A stretch of DNA of 64,000 nucleotides from Azolla caroliniana (GCA_043228905.1 JBHGNT010000034.1:124001-188000); one strand, 5' to 3'; shown: positions 1-16,060, numbered from the stretch's first letter. Notes: generated from the letters alone by a model not told the origin. Program-made: numbers and translations.

Positions 1-558
1 CCAATTTACATATGTTGTCCCGCTACAACTTTCAAATGACATATATCGCCTCCCCATCTCAAAATACCACATGTCATCGTTTAAAGATTGATTCTCATAG
101 TTTTTACCTTCATTCTAATGTAATCTTAGTTCATCCCATGTCAATGTGCACAAATTGAAATATGGAAGAGAAGGTATGACAACAATCCTTCGTATCCTTC
201 ACACTAATTCTGAAATTGAAAATCCATGCTCAAATTCTTTGGTTGGGCTATGTGCAACACATTCTACAACAATATAGACAACTACACATTTGTGTGTATG
301 TGTGTGTATCCTTTGGGCCTTCAATTCTTCAAGCTACAAATTACAACATGCCGAGGGATAAGCCCCTAAACGAGGAATTCCAATATATTTTATGTTAAAT
401 ATGATTGAATTTGCAATAAGCTTTTTGGTGCCTTAGGATCACCACAAGGTGATGTCCCCAAATTAAGTTCTCCAAAGGTGTGACCAAGGAAGAGATGTCT
501 TTAAATCACTTCAATAAGAAGTGATGACCCTTGACCTCATTTGTCCATTCTCATGCAT

Positions 559-3507
<2,949 letters not shown>

Positions 3508-3897
3508 TATGCTTCTATGTATGTATGTATGTATGTATATATGTATGTATGTATGGATATGGTGGCCGTGGAATTGCAGAAGATAAGATATAAGGGAGGC
3601 TGCTAGAAGACAGTGGTAAAAACTCCAAACAACACACGTCAGACCCAAACAGACAGAGAGGGAGAGAAAGAGAGAACTCTGTTCAGTCGGGGGGGGGGGG
3701 GGGGGGGGGCTATGGCGTTCGTGTTTTTGTGTCTTCTTTCTTTTTCTTTGATCTGTTGTTGCAGAAGAGAGACAGGAACGAGCATGCAGAGACGTGTGAG
3801 AGTCGGTCGGTCGGTCGGTCAGACAGACCGACAGACAGCTATGGCCTCCGTCTCTGACCCTTCTATCCGTCGTCGATCCATCGGAGCTTCGTCCATT

Positions 3898-3929
<32 letters not shown>

Positions 3930-4297
3930 GTGTATGTGCTCCGTCCGTCCGTCTGTTTAAGTCGAAGCGTCAAATGTTCCCGTTGACTGATCACCCTCTC
4001 TCTCTCTCTCCACAACCTCTGCACGTGTGAGATTATCCACGTGTGCCGACCCGCTCCTCACTGATTGATTGAGAGTACACTTTGACCCGTCTACCCCCCC
4101 CCCCCCCAATCATCATATGTATCAATGTATGTATGTATGTATGTACACGTATACCATCATCACTCATTTGGTCATTGGTTTTTGTTGTTTTCTTTCAAGT
4201 TGGGTTCTCTTCTTCTTTGCATTTAACATACATAGTTGACTTGACTACTCTTAGTGTGTTGTTGTTGGCGTTGCTGTGAATTTCTACACACACTTCG

Positions 4298-4349
4298 TAT
4301 GTATGTATGTATGTATGTATGTATGTATGTATGTATGTATGTATGTATG
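4298..4349. repeat. (TATG)n microsatellite
   Basis: Direct reading; shorter copies at ~3516-3555 and ~4125-4145. Confidence 0.95.
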
Positions 4350-7300
4350 CCTCCTGCCCCTATTGGCTTCCCTCTCATTCATCCTCTCGAGACACACACG
4401 TCGTCATTGCCATTTACGCATCACATGCCTATGCCATCACATTCAACAAATTTTCTTGAACAATACCCTTGTACATCAATATATTATGGGATTCTTGAGG
4501 ATTTGAGACAACGATGGTAATCAACACTCGTTTTACCCTTCGTGAGCGTAAGATACCGCTTTGGAGATTTTTCGAGGATGGGTCTTGTTGCTACTAATCC
4601 TGTATACAAAAAACCTTGAAGTCAGCTCGAACCTAAGGATTCTTTAATTCGATCTACCCCTATTAGCCAAAACCAAAAAGGTTGATGGATATATGTTGCA
4701 ATGATGTGCGGCATATTATGCAAAAGTTATTTGGTTTGGTTGAAACTACGAGTGTTGAAGGCATTAGAAGAAGTTGGTGTTGCCTCTTACAGGACATCCA
4801 TTTCCCTTGTTGTAATGTCTAAATGGGAATCATTGTTTTACAATATGGGTGTCTTGTTTCATGAAGGGGCTACCAAAACATATCTCCAATTATGTTTAGA
4901 GTAATCAACAATATCCCTCTTATTTTCAACAATATATCATTGGTAACAAAATAGTGGCCATAATGTAAATTTTAGGGTACTTAAATTATGAAGTACTTAA
5001 TACTTAAAACTTTAGGGTACTTAAGTTTTTGGTATGGATGACATCCATCCACCCATACTTGTAAATTGTAATCATGATTTTGTCTCATTGGCTGATTTTG
5101 GCCTCGAGACCCGCTTTTAGCGAGGATCTAAATCCAATTTTCTCGTTCCAACGGTTAAGATGCTTAATTAACATTCTTTTATTTTATTATCTTAATCTTC
5201 TTGTTTATTATCTTACTAGGCGTGCAATCTAATGAGAACATGTAACGTATTCATCACAATGCTTATTATAAAGAGCTGAATTCGAGGAGAAACTAACCAT
5301 AGCTTTTTGGGATTGTGCCCTTTTAAGAAGAGTATATTTTGATATTTTCGAGAATACTAAATGGGTACATGTCATATTACCCTTTCCTTTGTTTTACAAA
5401 TCCAAGTAGATTTGGCCATTTGTACTTGGCATGCACAAGGACGATAGGGAAAATTAACTCAATATCTATCGGTTACATCTATACATACTCATCAATAGTG
5501 AACGTGCTTCTCACTCTTTGGCTTTCCCATTGTTTCTGCATGGAGTCAAAACTAGGTTGTGGACAATGAAGACTCTTCGCAATCAACAAACTTTTGGATA
5601 ATCATAGCTTTTGATCCTATATCAACTACGAATTACTTTTCTATGCAACGATCTAAAACAATCCCTTGATGTTTTCTATCTCATGACAAATTATGTGAAC
5701 TTTACAAAAAAATTGTGGTGAAATTGTTATACAACCTATCATCTCATTTAAAAGTCCATTAGTATCTTACCTTTCACAACATCATTGGCATGGTTCTAGA
5801 ACCCATTTAAAATTATAGCATCCTTGTAGTACAAAAACAAGACCATTTATTTGCCAACCTCTTTCATGAACAATGAAACATAGATTAATAGCTTTCAAAG
5901 ATTGTGTCGAATTCCATTCCAAGCTTGTGGCCTTCCTTGCTCGTCATATAAAGCCATTTTCAACTTCCATGCAATGTTTATGTATTTCTACACCAAATAA
6001 TAATATTATCGTTATGTGACATGTAAGTCCGTTCAATAAAAATACATCAAGAAATGTAATTCTCACATCGATACTAGAGAGAGGAGACGAAGGATGTAAC
6101 CCCCAATAATAGTTCGATATTATCCAATGACCAAACACTTCATCAAAACTAGAAACTTGGCAATGACATAAACAAGGGCATTGTAGAGGCATATCAAAGA
6201 CATGCACTCGCCTATCCATGGATTTGGGTGGCAAAGTGTGGGATGGGAATGTACATCTCTAGATCATTGCATGTGTAGGCAAATATACACCATGAAAATA
6301 TTAAGGGCTATAAATGTTTTCCATTCTTTAAGCTTTGATTATCTAAGTTGTTGTCTTTTGCTCTCCTATATGGCAACTTTGGACATTATAGGCCTTTTCT
6401 ACCTTAACAAAGGCTTGGTCCTTGGATATAATCAAGTTCTAGACCTCATTTGATCGTTGTGTAGTTTCGAATGGATATTTCGTCTCATTATACTTGAGCT
6501 CAATGCCCAACTATGCGTAAAAGTTGCCTCTCAAGGAGAGTATGTTTCTCAATTTTTTCAAGCATAACATGAATTAGATTATATGATTCATTATCATTAG
6601 AGCCAACCAGTACGTAGTAAAGGTTCAAATATTTTGCTTGGGAAAACGTTCTCATGCCAACAATGTTATTTGCTGCCAGCACGCATCTTCTGCACCCCAT
6701 TCATTCGTTATTTCTCATCATTTTAAAATTGTTGCGCGTTCTGGTGGCGGATGTATTCCCAAGACCTGATTAGAGGGTCCTTCCAATGAGAACCTTGCAT
6801 CGCTAGTCAGCGTTTTGTGAACCTCTCCATATATAACTCTTGGCCTATTGCACATCATTGGTGTATCGGTTAACAAATCAAGCAGTGGAATTGTGTCGCC
6901 ATAGTAAGACAATATATACTGATTTAGAGAAATCAACTGCTATTCAGAGAGCTCTGCTTTTTTGAGTTCATATGCTAAATGAACAGCAGCAGGGGGGTCT
7001 GTATATTGTCCTGAAGGATTTCCCCCTAACTATACGCACGGCTTTGTCAGGGATGTCATTTCTCCACACAAACACCAGTAGGAACAAAAAATAAGGCCGC
7101 TTGTTAAATGACAAGGCCCCTGACAAAAAAGTCCTCTACAAGATTCAGCAACCCACCTTGTGGACGCTACTACTTGCCTTAATCATCAGAGTTGTCATAA
7201 AGAATCTCAATGCTATCATAGGTAACAGAGCTGATATAGCAGCTTCAATGAGCAAGCGTCCCCAAGTATGTTACAAAACTAAGAATGGATACAACAAGGA

Positions 7301-7995
7301 AAACATGTTAATCTCCCTTATTTCTCTCTCTGAACTCTTCACCTTCAAGGACTGGTTTAGCAGTTTTCACATGTTTATTGCTGGCTGAGTAAGTTTTTTT
7401 CCACATCATCCGTGCTTCACCTCAGGCCTTATTTATAGAATGAAGCCCCTCACTTCTGCATTACAAAATTTCAACCTGTAACTCCAGCTGAATATTGCCA
7501 CCTACTAAACTGTCCAAAGTATGTGTGATCCATCTTAGATCAAAGGTCATTTGCACAGCAACTAATTCTCTTCAAAAACTTTATTACGCAATGCAGCAAT
7601 CACACACTGGCTTATGGATCATGGATTAGATTAGATGCCAATACGCTTTCTCATAACAATACGTATATACGTAAAGGAAATACATGAGCAACATGCAAAC
7701 CTCAGAGGTATGTTCATTCTTTTCACCAACTATAATGTGTGCCTTCTTCAACATTGAATATGTAAGTTATGCAGCAAGAGCAGTGATTGGGCTCTTAAAT
7801 GTTTCACCATCCCAGAGGTGGAAAAAACTCATATTATTTGCTCTGCGAGGAGGTGTATTGTGTTTGAAAATGTTTATTTTTCCTTGAGATCATCTGTGTA
7901 ATCCCATGATTGATGACAACTGAGCTCCTCACTACACATGCTTCACTGTAGTAGGGAGGGTCATCCCCAGAATAATGCAAATTTATCTGCATATA

Positions 7996-10278
7996 TTAAT
8001 ATCCAAATTCTTGCATGTACATATATATATTTCGCATACAAACATATGCAGCACCACACTTTCCATCCAACTGAACTGATTGCTCAAACGCCCATTCGCC
8101 AAGGGTCACATTCCTCCATTTTCTACAAGAACCCAATATACTGCGGAATACTGGGAGGTGGCCAGAATGGGACGCCTTGTAAAGCAAAGTTTTTACCTTG
8201 TCAAAGTGTCCTGCACGACCAAAGAGGTCAATCATACATGTGTGGTGTTCTATTGTTGGAGCAAGACAATAGACAGAACACATTTCATCAAATAGTATTT
8301 CTCCCTCCTTCAGTAGGCCTGCATGATTACATGCATTCAGCATAACAACAAAGGTAACAGAATTTGGCACAATACCTTCGGTTATCATTCTGCTATACAA
8401 GTTCAAAACCACATTAGCTTGTCCTAATTGGCTATATCCAGCAATCAGAGAACTCCAGGATACAACACTCCACTCTGGAAGCTTCTCAAACACTTCTTGT
8501 GCTTTATCCATTGCACCACACTTGGAATACATGTCCACAAGTGCATTTCTAAGCACAATGTCCTTTTCGAATAGCCCCTTCTTTCTCACATCTGCATCAA
8601 TATCTTTACCAATTTCTAAAGACCCCAAAATACCACAAGCTTTCAAAATGCAAATATATGTTACTACATCTGGACAAATGTCATCATTTTGCATTTGTCT
8701 AAAGCATTTTAGGGCTTCATCACCAAGTCCACTTTGGGCATATGCAGTGATAATGGCATTCCAACTAACAACATCCCACACTGGAAGCTGCTGAAACACT
8801 TCTAGTGCTTTCTGCAATGCACCACACATGGAATACATGTTTATCAATGCAGTTCCGAGCACAACATCTTTCTCCAATAAACCTAGCTTTCTAACCTCAG
8901 TATGGATATCTTCCCCAATCTCTAGGGACCCTACAATGGCACACGCTTTCAAAATGCAAATATAAGTTATGACATCTGGACAGACTCTTGCTCGTTTCAT
9001 TTTTCGAAAGCATTTCAAGGCTTCATGGCCGAGTCCGTTATGGACAAATCCAGAAATCATAGCATTCCAGCAAACAACATTGCGCTTTGGGAGTTGCCCA
9101 AATACTTCTCGTGCTTTCTCCATTGCACCACATTTTGAATACATGTCCAGTAACGCAGTGCCAAGCACGATGTCTTTCAGCAATAAACCCTGCTTTTTTA
9201 CCTCGGCCTCTATATCTTCTCCAACCTTGAGAGAACCCACAATGCTACAAGCTTTGAGAATACATATGTAGGTTACTGCATCCGGACGAACTCCTGCATT
9301 TTGCATCTGGATGAAACATTTCAACACTTCATCCCCCAACCCATTCTGGGCATATCCAGTAATCAGGGCATTCCAAGTCACAACATCCCGTATTGGAAGA
9401 TGCTCAAAAACTTCTCGTGCTTTCTCTAATGCACCACACTTACAGTACATGTCCACCAATGTATTGCCGAGAACAACATCTTTCTGCAATAACCCTTTTT
9501 TTCTGACCTCAGCATCTATACTTTCCCCAATCTCTATAGACCCCACAAGGGTGCAAGCCTTCAGAACACAAATATAAGTTATCTCATTCGGACAGATTCC
9601 TGCAACTTTCATTTCTGTGAAACATTTTAATGCTTCATCCCCAAGTCCATTTTGAGCATATCCAGCAATGAGGGCACTCCAAGTCACAACATTTGGCTTA
9701 GGGATCTGGCCAAATACTTCTTTTGCTTTGTCCAATGCACCACATTTTGAATACATGTCCACCAATGCAGTTCCTAGCACAACATCTTTCTCCACTAAAC
9801 CTTGCTTTCTAACCTCAGCATCTATACTTTTCCCAATCTCTAGACATCCCACAACACCACAAGCTTTCAGGACACAAATGTAGGTTACCGCATTCGGACG
9901 AACTCGGGCATTCTGCATGTCTTGGAAACATTTCAATGCTTCAGCACCCAGCCCGTTTTGGGCATATCCAGCAATGAGGGCACTCCAAGACACAACATCA
10001 CACATTGGAAGTTGCTCAAATACTTCTCGTGCTTCCACCATTGCACCACATTTGGCATATGTTGTAATCAGGGCAGTGGAAACATAGACATATTTTGTGA
10101 TCAAGTTTTTCTCGAGAATATTGGCATGTAGCCTTCGTGCTTTCTGCAGATTCTTTTCTTTCTGGCACGATTTTATCAAATTCAAGAGTGTAACTTGATC
10201 CTGAAACTGCAGGTCCTCATTCACAGACTTATCCAGAGGTGAAGGAGATGGGAGTACCATGATCCGTGGTGAATTCAT
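7996..10278 (-). CDS. PLS-class pentatricopeptide repeat protein with E domain and no DYW domain, intronless
   Basis: 763-aa ORF (GTG at 10287, first ATG at 10278). About six P-L-S triplets of 102 aa/306 nt (DVVLGTALVDMYSKCGALEKAREVF; VVSWNALIAGYAQNGLGDEALKCF; PDAVTYICILKAC), followed by EHHTCMIDLFGRAGH and an E-type tail. Confidence 0.93.
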   Translation of the reverse strand: MNSPRIMVLPSPSPLDKSVNEDLQFQDQVTLLNLIKSCQKEKNLQKARRLHANILEKNLITKYVYVSTALITTYAKCGAMVEAREVFEQLPMCDVVSWSALIAGYAQNGLGAEALKCFQDMQNARVRPNAVTYICVLKACGVVGCLEIGKSIDAEVRKQGLVEKDVVLGTALVDMYSKCGALDKAKEVFGQIPKPNVVTWSALIAGYAQNGLGDEALKCFTEMKVAGICPNEITYICVLKACTLVGSIEIGESIDAEVRKKGLLQKDVVLGNTLVDMYCKCGALEKAREVFEHLPIRDVVTWNALITGYAQNGLGDEVLKCFIQMQNAGVRPDAVTYICILKACSIVGSLKVGEDIEAEVKKQGLLLKDIVLGTALLDMYSKCGAMEKAREVFGQLPKRNVVCWNAMISGFVHNGLGHEALKCFRKMKRARVCPDVITYICILKACAIVGSLEIGEDIHTEVRKLGLLEKDVVLGTALINMYSMCGALQKALEVFQQLPVWDVVSWNAIITAYAQSGLGDEALKCFRQMQNDDICPDVVTYICILKACGILGSLEIGKDIDADVRKKGLFEKDIVLRNALVDMYSKCGAMDKAQEVFEKLPEWSVVSWSSLIAGYSQLGQANVVLNLYSRMITEGIVPNSVTFVVMLNACNHAGLLKEGEILFDEMCSVYCLAPTIEHHTCMIDLFGRAGHFDKVKTLLYKASHSGHLPVFRSILGSCRKWRNVTLGEWAFEQSVQLDGKCGAAYVCMRNIYMYMQEFGY

Positions 10279-12355
10279 GCGGACCACAAAGGGCCTCTGA
10301 TCATCTGCATAGATGGCTCAAGTCCATTGGTTCGTTACATGTTGTCCCCTTCCTCCAACATCGGATGAGGGTTGGGGGGTTCGAGTGCTCCATCGATTCC
10401 TTCTACGTACCCGTCCCTCCGTCTCCATGGCAAAATAAGAATCGACACTGATGTCAAATTGAAACCACGAAAGCCTATTTCATGTGTATGTCACTACTCA
10501 TTGTCCGAAGAATTCTAACGAGAGATTAAGAAACGCCATAACAGTAGTATGTATGTAGTTACTCCTATAGAAGAGCAGGGGCAGCAGCGTTAACAAAACA
10601 AAACAGAAGAAAACAAAAGAAACAAATTTGGAAGGCTCATTTCAGAACAAAAAGAAAACACACTACACTACATACAACAAGACCTTATCTCATTCTCACT
10701 TTAGACGGACGGAAGACAAGAAGAAGATCACAAATATTCCTTGTACTGAACCATAAAACGGAGTGAACTCTAAATAAGAAAACTACAAGTAGAGACATTC
10801 AGGGCTCGTGCAAAGGAAAGTTTGTGTCCCTCCCATAGACATCTTTCTCGCAAGGAAATCGTGTCCTTTCACGATCTGCCGTCTAGCGTTCTCGAAATGA
10901 GTGTCCCATGTTCTCTAATGATACCCCACAAAAGCTTGCAAGTGGATATATTGTATGTGTACATGAAATCGAACAAACATAAAAGAAAAACTAAGGCCAT
11001 GAGTACGCACAATTCAATGAATCATCATGTGCTAAGTTTATCAAGAACATTATGCTTATTTGCACTAAGTGTGCCTTAACAGAATGATATTGGTTTCAAC
11101 TCTTCAGTTTGTGGAAGTAATTTGTAAGACCCTACTTGTAATAGGAATGTTTTAATGTTCATAATCTCAAACCAAAATTATGGCAAATGTTATATATATT
11201 GAACATAAAGCCTATCGTTCTCACAATATTAGAATACATACTTTACATATGCGCCATCATATTTTCCTTCACATTACTCTTGTAATGTCTTTGCTCACAT
11301 TGTTTTGGTTTGAAATAATACAAATTCACCTCAATGGCAAACAATATAACAAATGGATTGAGGCTTGGCATGGTGCACCTGGGAGTGTATGCATAATTTG
11401 AACACACCATCCAACAATCCCCATAATTTGGAGACAATATAGATCACATGCCTTGCATTACAAAAGTAGCGGAAGATGATAAAGCTCTATGAGAATAGAA
11501 ATATTTCTGCACTTAATATTTACGGTAGTAGGACAAATTTTGATAGTTAATCTTGATAATAAAAACCACACGATGCACTTGACCATGAAAAATGATAACC
11601 TACATTAATGATTTTCAATAAAGGTTTATCCACATTCCCACAAATAGCACAACAAAAAGAGGTGAAACAACATCGATAAGGCTTCCAATAGATACCACAA
11701 TCATTCTTACTATTTACATGATCACTTAAGAACCGAATTATTATCAACCACATCTTCATTTTGTCTTTTCATAATGTAAATTTCTAGCAAACCAATTCCC
11801 TATGAATATTGTAAAATGTTTTTTATTTCCATTTTCCACACGAAAAGCCTTTAGCTTAAACATATAAAAAAGCGTTGAAGGCTTCATGTCTCCGATTTCA
11901 TTCCTATGCTTAAGAGAGTTTACAAAGCAACATCTCCATTGTCCACATACATTTACTACATACACACTGATCGGGATTTTAAAATTTTGGGCTTTCAGAA
12001 TCTACCTTGTACATAATATTCATTGATTTTCTAACTTGTGCATCTTAGCGATATGATTTTGAGAGACAATATACAATAATAGGATATTCATTCAGCTGAC
12101 CACTAAACATGTTGATGGCATTTCATTCAGCAGTTAATTTTGATATTTTTATCCACTTGCACCATTTTGTAATTGAAGCATGCATACATACAAGACGAAT
12201 TTTAATTGACATTTCACTGACGTGAAAAACAGAAAGATGCATCTCTCCATGTGAGCGAAAGCAATAAAGCATCATATTATGATGAAATGCTATGAGCAAA
12301 GCATACAACTTTTAGTAGTATGTATTGTAATCCTGAGATGGTCTGTATAGCTGAC

Positions 12356-15300
12356 TCATTCTGTGGAGTTCTCTTCTGCAGGTTTTCTTCTATATTCAGG
12401 TTTCAGCTCATACTTGCCTTGATTAGGTCCTCTCTTATTGTAATTACAGAGGTCAACCATGACTTCCTTCAAGAATGCCTGCCAGTTATGAAAACCATGA
12501 CATGGAATTAGTTAAAAGGTAGACGCAGACATTAGTCTAACACCATGGGAGTTACATCAGTGCCACCACATCATACCTCCGGTTGTTCCGTCTTAGCCAC
12601 CAATTTCTTGAGTGTCCAATATGATTGTTCCTCAAAGTGCTTGAAAAGCAAATCTTCAAGGACACTGCGCTCGATCCTTGTCCTCTTCATGTCGGAAGCT
12701 TTTGCCGCTGCAGCCTTCTTCTGTTTGAACAGTGGAAAAAAACACAAGCTCAAGTGAGTCACTTCCTGACAGAGAAACTACAAGGCAATTTTTGGCCTTT
12801 CAGCCTGCTGCTGCTATAGGATATGTATTTGGACCCAACGATGGTCCCCAATCATATTGCCTTTGGAATGCAAAATGAGAAACCTTGTACCACACTCTCC
12901 TAGTGAGTATCATAATTTCTGTGAAATACTCTTTTAAACAGGAAATTCCAATTTGTGTCTTTAGGGTGGAAATGCTGATCCATCTCTTTCAAAGATTCAC
13001 ATAAACAAAGATAGACTATCGCAAATGGGGGTCAACTGACCCTTTCATATGTGGTTCTTGGGTGGAGTGGACGAAGTTATACAGAGGAGTTGCTCTGAAT
13101 CTTATATCAGAGTTGTAATGGGTTATCTGAATTACCAGAAATCTTTAAAACTTGATTACATAAGGAAATGGAGCATAATATCTTCAAATTTTTTACCACA
13201 GGTCATATCCTTCTGTATGGTAAGAATCAGCCGCATCCAGGTTGGGCAGTGCTCCCATATCCAAAGATCTTAGCAAGGTTAATTCTGGTTGGTTCAGATA
13301 TTTATAATCATCATAGCATAGTAGTCCATATAGCCAGCTTCTTTTTTCTACCAATCTCGCATTTATTTCTTATGGTTTGACTTGATTTCTTATGGTGACT
13401 TGCAAAATTCTTTATAATCATCTTGAGGATGACTTTGAGTAAGGATCCCTAAAGATGAAGTATCTATTTCATAAAGAAAATAATTGACTGAGGAGCATAC
13501 CTAGAGGACACTATACTCATACTATACTATATGCTTATGATGTTATGTTGATTTTTACTCTATTGAAGGAAAATATATGTCATTGATATTTTAAAATGAG
13601 GGGGATGAGTAACACAGGATTAGGACCAGAATTCTAATTGTAAGCAGAAAGGAAAGCATACAAAACGATCCTAAACGTACCTACGAGTAACATCCATAGG
13701 ACCTCAATTCTCCTTAAACCAGGCTGCATGCCTTAGTGCCCTTGGACGACAATACCTGTGGACAAAAGATGTGGCTATTCGATACATTTGTAACACCAAC
13801 TCCTCTCTTGGGTGGAAACCAGGGTAAAAAGCCTTCTTAGGGCATAAACCTGGAGACAATGGAAGAGCCACTTAGCCTCGGTGATTGCAAAACCCAATGA
13901 TATGATTTGGACTGAGATGGGAGCAGCAACAATGGTGACCAAGGTACTATTCCATTCAGAAACTTGTGTTTGATGAATTTGGGAGCGCCCATAGCATACC
14001 TATTCAAAATCATGTGAAGAGAGCTCGCACTAGGCCCGTACTATTTCAGATGGAAACGAGATATCTCTTCGAAAGGTTTCTCATTCCTAGTTTTGAAATT
14101 TATTCTCCAATTATTTGAAGGCTCTCATCTCCAGCTCCGAATCATTGATTTAACTTTATAATTTATACGAGCTATGTTAGCATTTTATTTTAATAGTCTA
14201 GTAAATTTCTCTAGATTTACATAGGAAGTGTACCTTGGCCACATATGTTGGACCAATAGCCACAGGATGAGGCCTTATATAGCCTCCATGATCATTTTCA
14301 AGCACCTGCAAAAGGGAAACGTGATTTCCATCACTGGGGCAGTCGCAAGCCAGGGATGTCATTCTAAAAAAATCATCATTTTAAATGAGACTTACCTGTA
14401 CAGTTCTTGTCTTCATTTTTGACTTGTCAGTTCTCTCTCTGCAGAGTTTTCGGTACTCATCACTTGCAAAAGTGTTGGGTTTCATATCAAATTTGTGCTC
14501 CACCTTCCCTTCAACAGCTAGCCTCCCTAATAGATAAAAGAGTCAACAATATTCAGAAATAGCCTCTGATAAAATGGTGCACAAGGATGTGATCATTAAT
14601 AGCTCACAAATCTTTACATGCAGACTTTAGTTAGCTTCCAAATTTTATTTCACTTTGTGGACCACGCATAAGATTTAATCAAAACAAAACTACCTTGGGA
14701 GGTCTCAGAAAAAGCATACATAGGTACAAGATCTTTGGTAGAATCAAGGAGGTAAAGCCTGCGTGCCATGATCCCATTGGTTTCTTTTTCCATCAACTCC
14801 AAGCTAAAGAATATCGAAAGAAATATCCAGTGTTAACATTATATAATCTGCAGGGGGGGGGGGGGGATCAAAGCTTTCTTTCTCTTTGATCCGTTAATGT
14901 GATCATGTCTACAGCTGACCGAACACAGAGCACGAAATATATATCTTTTCTCGGCACGAAATCAATGCTTAGTAAACTAGCAGATAACAACAAACAAACA
15001 ACATGCGCGGATAGATATCATCTAAAATCTCAAGAGTTGTGATGGCAGAAGAGAAATGGGAGGGGGTAGGTGGTCCGATAATAGGTAATAACCTGAAGTG
15101 TCGATTCTCCCCGTCGGGCTTCGTGGGATCGAGAGTAAGGACAAGTTTGCCAAGATGGCTGCTGCTGCTGCTGCTGCTACTGCTGCTAGATGACGACGAT
15201 GATGATTCACCTCCTCCTGCTGCCATTGCCATATGATCTGGGACCAGGATATTATGATTATGATTATGATTATGATTATGATTATTCATCTGTTGCTGCG

Positions 15301-15571
15301 TGGTGGCGCTGAGCCATGCGTGGGAGACCCTTGGGGGCAGCTTGAGCAGCCAGAGAGCACGCTCCGCACGACATGCGTCCAGCTGCTGCTGCTGCTGCTG
15401 CTGAGACATGACGGATGATGCAGGCCCTCCTCCTCCTCCTCCTCCTCCCTTCTTCTTACTCCATATATTACTTTCCTGCTTCTGATGCTGCGCCTGCACC
15501 ACTAGGGTAAGGCTATCCATATCCACCCCAGTAGCAGCAGTAGCGGCAGTAGGAATCATCTTCGCCGCCAT
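12356..15571 (-). CDS. GTF2F2: Transcription initiation factor IIF beta subunit (RAP30), 6 exons, 352 aa
   Basis: Exons 15571-15093, 14803-14694, 14526-14396, 14305-14234, 12720-12577, 12478-12356, GT-AG, in phase (1059 nt). Motifs RAERALWLLKLPP, VPMYAFSETSQGRLAVEGKVEHKFDMKP, YWTLKKLVAKTEQPEAFLKEV, NKRGPNQGKYELKPEY. Confidence 0.93.
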
Positions 15572-15747
15572 ATTCTGACGTCGACGTCGTTGCTGTCACG
15601 TCACTTATGGATATGAATGGAGGTGTTCCTGCGAATGCATGCATGTGCTCTTCTTTCTCTTTCTCCGCTAAAGCTTAGCTCTAGATTTGGACGGAAATAT
15701 GTATTCGAAAATCTTTGTTACGCATGAAAGCAATATCATTTGTTCAA

Positions 15748-16060
15748 GGGAAAAGTACCAAGGTACCCCTGGAAGTTCGTCTATTTACAAGAATGCCCCT
15801 GGAAGTTCCAAATTCACCAAACTACCCCTATGTCCAAAAAAATACACTTTATAAAGTAATTATACACTCAAATCTACAAGCCCTATTTACCAAAATATCC
15901 TTAAAACACACATTTCTTTACTTAAGAGATTCTTTGGGTCCTTTGTACTTACTTTATAAAGTGTATTTTTTTGGACATAGGTGTAGTTTGGTAAATTTGG
16001 AACTTCCAGGGACATTCTGGTAAATAGGCGAATTTCTAGGGGTATCTTGGTACTTTTCCC
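15748..16060. mobile_element. MITE / Mutator-like foldback element, 313 bp, ~110-bp terminal inverted repeats
   Basis: gggaaaagtaccaaggtacccctggaagttcg...tacactttataaagta is mirrored by tactttataaagtgta...ggtatcttggtacttttccc. No convincing TSD. Confidence 0.8.

Noticed and set aside
3508-3648. 47-aa N-terminal extension of the CDPK in the ORF track
   Set aside because: Non-ATG start running through a (TACA)n repeat; MGNCC at 3507 is the expected acylated start.
6500-7030. Minus-strand ORF-like stretch downstream of the PPR gene, considered as a lost DYW exon or a foreign gene
   Set aside because: No HxE/CxxC deaminase motif or other recognisable motif; contains stops.
7102-7580. Possible solo LTR (starts TGTT, contains a reverse TATA)
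   Set aside because: No matching CA end with a target-site duplication could be found.
8522-9883. Repeated plus-strand ORFs with similar sequences
   Set aside because: Antisense reading of the PPR tandem repeats.
11150-11990. Possible highly decayed Mutator/SWIM transposase remnant
   Set aside because: Only faint motif echoes across frameshifts; cannot be supported without a search.
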